A stretch of DNA of 31,892 bases from the NCBI GenBank assembly GCA_947456915.1, contig CANGUQ010000001.1:1-31892 (forward strand), given 5' to 3'. This document shows, piece by piece, positions 26,347 to 31,892 of this stretch. The notes under the pieces were generated by a model. It saw only the letters and a list, made by a program, of their open reading frames with translations, made no database searches and was not told the origin of the DNA. The DNA comes from Betaproteobacteria bacterium (GTDB lineage Bacteria; Pseudomonadota; Gammaproteobacteria; Burkholderiales; CAIKXV01). The position numbers and the translations under genes are program-made. The number at the start of each line of letters is the position of its first letter. The first letter of the stretch is position 1.

Positions 26347-27627
26347 CTAGTCTTCGCTGCGCCGGGTACGGATGCCGAGCTGCTTGATCTTGCGATAGAG
26401 GTGGGTCCGCTCGAGCCCGACCTTCTCCGCCACCCGGCTCATGTTGCCGCCCTCGAGCGCGATGTGATGCTCGAGGTAGGACTTCTCGAACGCATCGCGT
26501 GCCTCGCGCAGCGGCGCATCGAAGTTCAGCCCGGCCGCCGGGTTGGGCGCCGGTGGCGGCGCGGCGGCGGCGCTGGCAACCGGATCGTTCTGCGCAATCA
26601 GCCGCGCCACGTCCTGCGCGCTGATGTCCGCGCCCAGCGCGGTGACGGCGAGCGAGCGCACGACCTGCTCGAGCTGCAGCAGATTGCCTGGCCAGTCGTA
26701 GTTGCGCAGCGCGTTGAGCGCCGCCGTGTCGAAGCTGCGCGCGGGGCTCTCCTTTGCCTCCACCACGCGGGTGAGCAGCAGATTCGCGAGCTCGGGTACG
26801 TCTTCGCGGTGCTCGCGCAGCGGCGGCACCTGCAGCGTGACCGGCGCCGCATCGAGCAGACGCGGCTCGGCGTGGCCGGCGGCGACCAGTTCCGACAGCG
26901 GCGGCTGCGAGCCGATCACCACCCGCGCGCGGTGCCGGTCGGCGCGCGCCAGCGCGAGGGCGAGCCCCTTCTGTTCAGCACGCGACAGCTGCGCAAGATC
27001 GGGCACGTACAGCACGCCGTCGTTCGCGCTCGCCGCGAGCTCGAGCGGCGAGGCGGCAAAGCCCCGGCTGTCCTCGACGCACACCCACGGCGTGTTCGGT
27101 GCGCGCAGGTACTGCGCGCACAGGTCGATGCGGCAGCCCGCCTCGGCCACCAGCAGCACCGCGCCACGCATCGCGCGCAACTGCGCAAGGCGCTGCTTGA
27201 GCTCGCCCATCAGCGCCGAGCGTCCGAGGCTGTCGAGCGACAGTTCGGGAATCGGCGCGGTCTCCGCGCGACGCAACGCGCGACCGACCGTGGACAGCAG
27301 CTTCTGCAGCGCGATCGGCTTTTCCAGGAAGTCCGACGCGCCCAGTTTGGTCGACTCGACAGCGGTGTCGATGGTCGCGTGACCGGACATCATCACCACC
27401 GGCATCGTGAGCTGACCGCCGCGTGCCCACTCCTTGAGCAGAGTGATGCCGTCGGTGTCCGGCATCCAGATGTCGAGCAGTACCAGATCGGGCCGTGCAC
27501 GGCTGCGCTCGCGCCGCGCCTGGTCGCCGTTCTCCGCGAGTCGCACGCTGTGACCTTCGTCGCGCAGGATCTCCGAGAGCAGTTCGCGAATGCCGATCTC
27601 GTCGTCCACGACCAGGATGTCGCTCAT
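26347..27627 (-). CDS. ntrX: NtrX-like response regulator (REC + degenerate AAA+ + Fis-type HTH)
   Basis: ILVVDDE, LLDIWMPD (phospho-Asp), MSGH, FLEKP receiver; PPLREHRED and WPGN remnants; C-terminal AEKVGLERTHLYRKIKQLGI HTH; conserved rsmB-DUF4390-kinase-regulator context. Confidence 0.88.
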   Translation of the reverse strand: MSDILVVDDEIGIRELLSEILRDEGHSVRLAENGDQARRERSRARPDLVLLDIWMPDTDGITLLKEWARGGQLTMPVVMMSGHATIDTAVESTKLGASDFLEKPIALQKLLSTVGRALRRAETAPIPELSLDSLGRSALMGELKQRLAQLRAMRGAVLLVAEAGCRIDLCAQYLRAPNTPWVCVEDSRGFAASPLELAASANDGVLYVPDLAQLSRAEQKGLALALARADRHRARVVIGSQPPLSELVAAGHAEPRLLDAAPVTLQVPPLREHREDVPELANLLLTRVVEAKESPARSFDTAALNALRNYDWPGNLLQLEQVVRSLAVTALGADISAQDVARLIAQNDPVASAAAAPPPAPNPAAGLNFDAPLREARDAFEKSYLEHHIALEGGNMSRVAEKVGLERTHLYRKIKQLGIRTRRSED

Positions 27628-27694
27628 CGCGGCGCCCCCATGCGCGGCAGTCTCCTGCTTGTCGTTGGCGGGCGGGCGTGTCGCATCTTCGCGC

Positions 27695-29998
27695 TCACGC
27701 CGTCTCGCCCGCAGCGTCGGGCTGCGTGCGCGCGATCACGACCGGCACGGTGAAGCTCACCCGCGCGCCCTGCGGTTGCACGTTGCCCACTTCGATCGAG
27801 CCGTGATGTTCCTCGATGATCTTCTTCACGATGGCCAATCCGAGGCCCGTTCCCTTCGGCTTGCTGGTGACATAGGGTTCGAACACGCGCTCGAGCATGT
27901 CCGGCGGAAAGCCGCATCCATTGTCGGTGACCGTGAGCCGCGCGAGCGGCCGCTGGCGAGTTCCGGCCGGTTCCGTTCGCACCCGGATCTGGGGCGCGGA
28001 CGCATCCACCAGAGCGTCGAGCGCATTTTGCATCAGGTTGTGCAGAACCTGCCGCAACTGTGTCGGGCTGCCTACCACCCGCGGCAGTTCGGGCGCGAAG
28101 TCGGCTTCGATCGACACCGCACGCGCGCCTGTCTCGTACAGCCCGAGAACCTCGCGCACCAGTGCGTTCAGATCGATCTCGCGGTGCGCGGTGTCGGGCT
28201 TGCTGCGTGCGTACTCGGAGAAGGCGTCGACCATGTTCTTCAGCGCGGAGACCTGGTTGACGATCATCTGGGTCGAGCGCTCGAGCATCTGCGCATCAGG
28301 CGTGTCGAGCTTGGCCGCGAGCTTCACGTGCAGGCGCTCGGCAGAGAGCTGGATCGGGGTGAGCGGGTTCTTGATCTCGTGCGCGAGCCGCCGCGCCACC
28401 TCTCCCCACGCCGCGTCGCGCTGCGCCTGCATCAGGTTGGTGACGTCGTCGAACACCAGCACATAACCGGCGTCGGCACCCGCCGCGGCAGTCGCCTGCT
28501 GCTGCGGCGCCTCCTCGTGTGCCGGGCCCTCGCCTTCTCGGTCGAGCGCGAGCGGAGAGCCGCGCAGCAGCAGCGTGCGCCGGCCGCCGCGGCCGGCGTA
28601 CTCGACCTGCGCCTCCCAGTTGCGCTCCCCGGGCAGCGATTGCCCGAAACGGGCGCGCAGCTCGGCAGCGAAGCTGGCGAGCGCCGAGGCTGCCGCCCCG
28701 TCGGCATCGAGCGTGCGTCCGAGCAGCGCGCCCAGATCGACGCCGAGAATGTCGCTTGCGCTGCGATTGGCTGCGCGCAGCCGCATCCTGGCGTCGAACG
28801 AAATCACGCCGGAGGAGAGATTGCCGAGTACCCCCTCCAGATACGCCTTCGCGCCTTCGAGCTGCGCCTGATTGCGCAGGTTGGCCGCGCGCGCCTCGTC
28901 GAGCTGGCGCGTCATGGCATTGAACGAGCCGGTGAGCACGCCGAGCTCGTCACCGCTGCGCACGGTGGCGCGCTGGCTGAAGTCCCCGCGCGCCACCGCT
29001 TCGGTGCCCTCGGCGAGGATCGACAGCGGGGAGGCAAGCTGCTCGGACAGGAAGATCGCCAGCGCGAACGCCCCGAGCAGCCCGAGCAGCAGCGTGAGAC
29101 TCAGGGTGAGCCCGTAGAGCTGCTTCAGCCCGGCGCGCGACAGAAGCAGTTCCTGATAGTCCCGGTAGCCCAGCTGAACCGACTCGGCCGCCGCGCCGAG
29201 CTGCGTCGGCACCGGCTGCAGCACCTGCAGCACCCGGATGTCTTCCGCGAGCGACAGCGTGTTCACCGGCACCACCACCCGCAGGTAGAGCCCTTTCTCC
29301 GGCAGCGACTCCACCGAGGACACCGGCTGCTGGGCGCGCACCTGGCGCAGCGCGGGTCCGAGCGGCAACTCCGACATCACCGCGATGCCGCTGCCGGCAA
29401 CGGCCAGTGTCGCCCCGCGCGCGCTGAACAGTGCCGCCTCTTCCACGCGGTAGCGGTCGCGCAGCGCATTGAGCGCGCCGGGCTGCTGCACCGGCGGGCG
29501 CTGCGCGAGATCGGCAGCGATCGCCTCTGCCCGCTCGGTGAGATCGCGCAGTGCGCCGTCGAGCGTGGAGCGCCCCAGAGCGAGCCCGCTCTCCAGCGCA
29601 TTCTCGATCTTCACGTCGAACCAGGACTCGATGCTGCGCGCGACGAACTGCACGCTCACCGCGTAGACGAGCGCGCCAGGCAGTACCGCGACCAGGGAAA
29701 AGAAGATCGCCAGCTTGAACGCGAGCTTCGAACCGAACACGCGCGCCTTGAGCTTGCGCCGCAGCCCCCACAGCTGCCAGCCGATCACCGACACCATCAG
29801 CAGCACCAGCGCGCCGTTGGCGGCGAGCAGGAGCCGGTAGTGTTCGGCAAACAGCTGGCTGCTCGCGGTGGCCGTCGACAGCAGGAACAGCAGCACCGCG
29901 GCGAAGCCCACCAGCAGCAGCGCCGCGTAGCGGAACCGCCGCGAGGCGATCCAGCCGGCACGCACACCGCTCTCGTGTGGAGTGCTGCCCGCCGTCAA
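27695..29998 (-). CDS. ntrY: NtrY-like membrane sensor histidine kinase (periplasmic, HAMP, PAS, HisKA, HATPase)
   Basis: N-terminal TM helices; RSIESWFD; HAMP (VARGDFS...DELGVLTGSFNAM); ARRLAHEIKNPLTPIQLSAERL H-box; NLMQNA, DNGCGF, FEPYVTSKPKGTGLGL. Start TTG 29998 or GTG 29965. Confidence 0.92.
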   Translation of the reverse strand: MTAGSTPHESGVRAGWIASRRFRYAALLLVGFAAVLLFLLSTATASSQLFAEHYRLLLAANGALVLLMVSVIGWQLWGLRRKLKARVFGSKLAFKLAIFFSLVAVLPGALVYAVSVQFVARSIESWFDVKIENALESGLALGRSTLDGALRDLTERAEAIAADLAQRPPVQQPGALNALRDRYRVEEAALFSARGATLAVAGSGIAVMSELPLGPALRQVRAQQPVSSVESLPEKGLYLRVVVPVNTLSLAEDIRVLQVLQPVPTQLGAAAESVQLGYRDYQELLLSRAGLKQLYGLTLSLTLLLGLLGAFALAIFLSEQLASPLSILAEGTEAVARGDFSQRATVRSGDELGVLTGSFNAMTRQLDEARAANLRNQAQLEGAKAYLEGVLGNLSSGVISFDARMRLRAANRSASDILGVDLGALLGRTLDADGAAASALASFAAELRARFGQSLPGERNWEAQVEYAGRGGRRTLLLRGSPLALDREGEGPAHEEAPQQQATAAAGADAGYVLVFDDVTNLMQAQRDAAWGEVARRLAHEIKNPLTPIQLSAERLHVKLAAKLDTPDAQMLERSTQMIVNQVSALKNMVDAFSEYARSKPDTAHREIDLNALVREVLGLYETGARAVSIEADFAPELPRVVGSPTQLRQVLHNLMQNALDALVDASAPQIRVRTEPAGTRQRPLARLTVTDNGCGFPPDMLERVFEPYVTSKPKGTGLGLAIVKKIIEEHHGSIEVGNVQPQGARVSFTVPVVIARTQPDAAGETA

Positions 29999-30026
29999 GC
30001 CGGTCTCCCGCGAGCGTGCGTGCGGT

Positions 30027-30653
30027 TCACGGCGAAACGGTGAAGCGGTACCAGTCGGCGACGAGGTTCCACTCGCGCGAGGCGAACGGACTCGCCTGGA
30101 ACGGCCGCGGCAGCTGCGTGAGATCGAGTCGCATGCGTACCGCCGCGCTGTAGCTGTTGCCACGGCTCAGCCCAGCCAGCGGCAGTACCGGTCGACGACG
30201 CACGCGCCCGAGCACTGCGAGCGCCTCGTCCAGCGTGGCGAAGTTCTGGAACAGCGTCCCGGCGCTGAGGCGATACTGGCGGGTCAGGATGTTGTAGGAC
30301 AGCCGGTAGGTCTGACTGCTGCCCGCCACCCGCTGGTCGAACCAGTACCAGCGCGAGCGATTGACCTCGGTTTCCAGAACGAAGAACAGCGTGATGCCCT
30401 TGGACAGCGCATCCTCGATCGGCGTGCTCAGCGTGATCTCGAAATCCGCCGACACCGCCCAGGCGTCCTCCAGCGGCTCGAGCCACGCCGCGCGCGCGAC
30501 GATCGCATCGGCGCTCGCCTGCGCAGTGGCCAGCACGAGCAGCAGCGCACAGCCCACCGCGCACCAGCGACGCACGATCGCCCGCCACCGCCCGATCAGG
30601 GGCGCCGCAGCGCGCAGATCATTCCTTGGTGAACAGGGCGTAGTAGAAGCCAT
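30027..30653 (-). CDS. DUF4390 domain protein (predicted exported)
   Basis: Signal-like RRWCAVGCALLLVLATAQA; EDALSKGITLFF, RSRWYWFD, LSYNILTRQY, LDLTQLPRPFQ; position between rsmB and the ntrY-like gene. Start ATG 30653 (overlapping rsmB) or GTG 30575. Confidence 0.85.
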   Translation of the reverse strand: MASTTPCSPRNDLRAAAPLIGRWRAIVRRWCAVGCALLLVLATAQASADAIVARAAWLEPLEDAWAVSADFEITLSTPIEDALSKGITLFFVLETEVNRSRWYWFDQRVAGSSQTYRLSYNILTRQYRLSAGTLFQNFATLDEALAVLGRVRRRPVLPLAGLSRGNSYSAAVRMRLDLTQLPRPFQASPFASREWNLVADWYRFTVSP

Positions 30654-31892
30654 CGTGGTCGGCGTCCGGCAGCAGCTCGAGCGCCTGCGCGCCCGAGGGC
30701 GCGGCCTCCTCGGCGTGCTGCGTGCAGGATACCCGACGCGCGCCCGGACAGTCTGCGTCGATCCACGCCGCGACTTCGGCATTCTCCGGCGCGAACACCG
30801 AACAGGTGCAGTAGAGCAGCCGACCGCCGGCGGCCAGCAGCGGCCAGAGCGCGGCAACGAGCCGGCGCTGCTGTTGCGCAAAGCGCTGCAGGTCGGCTTC
30901 GCGGCGCAGCCACTTGATGTCCGGATGGCGGCGCACGACGCCCGAACCGGAGCACGGCGCGTCGATCAGGATGCGGTCGAACGCCCGCCCGTCCCACCAG
31001 GCTGGCACGTGCGCCGCGTCGACCGCATGCAGCCGCGGTGCCGCCACGCCCGGGCGCGCAACGCTCAGGCCGAGCCGGTCCAGATTGGACTGCACCCGCT
31101 GCAGTCGCTGCGCATCGGAATCGAGCGCCACCAGTTCGACGTCGGCCAGTTCGAGCAGATGCGCCGCCTTGCCACCGGGTGCGGCACACGCGTCGAGCAC
31201 GCGCATGCCGGGCCGGGCGGCAAGCAGCGGTGCCGCCAGTTGCGCCCCGGCGTCCTGCACACTGCACGATCCGGCCGCGAACCCGGGCAACTGATCGACC
31301 GGCAGCGCCTGCTCGATGCGCACGCAATGGGCCAGCGCCTGGGGCACGATCGACTGCACGGCCGAGGCTGCGGGAGAGCCCGGCGCGAGCACGGGCATCG
31401 CCCGCGCGGCGATGCCACGCTGCGCGCAGTCGGCAAGCAGATCGGCGACTTCACCGCGCCGCCGATTGACCCGCAGCGTGAGCGGCGGGTGCCCATTGCC
31501 CTGGGCGAGAATCTGCGCCCACGCGGCGGGTTGCTCGCGGCGCAGCCGCTCGATCCACCACTGCGGGTGAGAAAAACGCCCGGTGTCGGTCTGCCGGGCC
31601 ACCCGATCGAGTTCGCCCTGCTGGCGCAGCGCGTTGCGCAACACGGCGTTGGTCAGCCCGCGCGCGCGTGGCTGCCCGAGCGCGGCGCAGGCATCGACCG
31701 CCGCATCGACCACCGCGTACGGCGCGGCGCGCGTATGCCGCAGCTGGTACAGCGCCACCCACAGCAGCGCCTGCAGCGACGCATCGGTCAACGCTCGGGC
31801 AAGCAGCGCATCGGCGACCACACGCAATTCGCCGAGAAACCGCAGGGTGCCGTAGCACAGGTCCTGCAGTTGTCCGCGCTCCGCCGGGCCGA
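30619..31892 (-). CDS. rsmB: 16S rRNA m5C967 methyltransferase RsmB (5'-partial)
   Basis: Frame open to the window end (ERGQLQDLCYGTLRF); SHPQWW, VQDAGAQ, LDACAAPGGKA, DAPCSGSGVVRRHPD, YCTCS, HDGFYYALF. Confidence 0.96.
   Translation of the reverse strand, partial: GPAERGQLQDLCYGTLRFLGELRVVADALLARALTDASLQALLWVALYQLRHTRAAPYAVVDAAVDACAALGQPRARGLTNAVLRNALRQQGELDRVARQTDTGRFSHPQWWIERLRREQPAAWAQILAQGNGHPPLTLRVNRRRGEVADLLADCAQRGIAARAMPVLAPGSPAASAVQSIVPQALAHCVRIEQALPVDQLPGFAAGSCSVQDAGAQLAAPLLAARPGMRVLDACAAPGGKAAHLLELADVELVALDSDAQRLQRVQSNLDRLGLSVARPGVAAPRLHAVDAAHVPAWWDGRAFDRILIDAPCSGSGVVRRHPDIKWLRREADLQRFAQQQRRLVAALWPLLAAGGRLLYCTCSVFAPENAEVAAWIDADCPGARRVSCTQHAEEAAPSGAQALELLPDADHDGFYYALFTKE

Noticed and set aside
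27590-30043. 817-aa plus-strand ORF
   Set aside because: Antisense shadow of the ntrY-like kinase; no recognisable domain.
1-31892. Mobile elements, CRISPR arrays, tRNA or rRNA genes, defence systems
   Set aside because: No transposase, integrase or nuclease motifs, no regularly spaced repeats, no tRNA-like sequence, and no obvious compositional island.

Overview
GC-rich bacterial chromosomal window; gene content and order point to a betaproteobacterium (inference). Right part (~19-31.9 kb, minus strand) is housekeeping: partial rsmB, DUF4390, ntrY-like kinase, ntrX-like regulator with a degenerate AAA+ domain, then tkt-gap-pgk-pyk and a class I fructose-bisphosphate aldolase. Left part (1-18.9 kb) is an accessory catabolic region: six TctC/Bug solute-binding proteins with no tctA/tctB in the window, four cupins, two non-canonical ThDP enzymes, three SMP-30/gluconolactonase propellers, an ACMSD-like amidohydrolase, slyX and a CysB/Cbl-family regulator. 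Best candidate for an undescribed system: a CysB-like regulator with an altered effector pocket, divergent from an 8-gene run (bicupin, ThDP enzyme, intact plus ligand-substituted lactonase pair, three TctC, amidohydrolase). The substrate cannot be determined from sequence. No rRNA, tRNA, CRISPR array or mobile element was seen. Start codons were re-picked by eye; family assignments come from motif recognition, not database searches.
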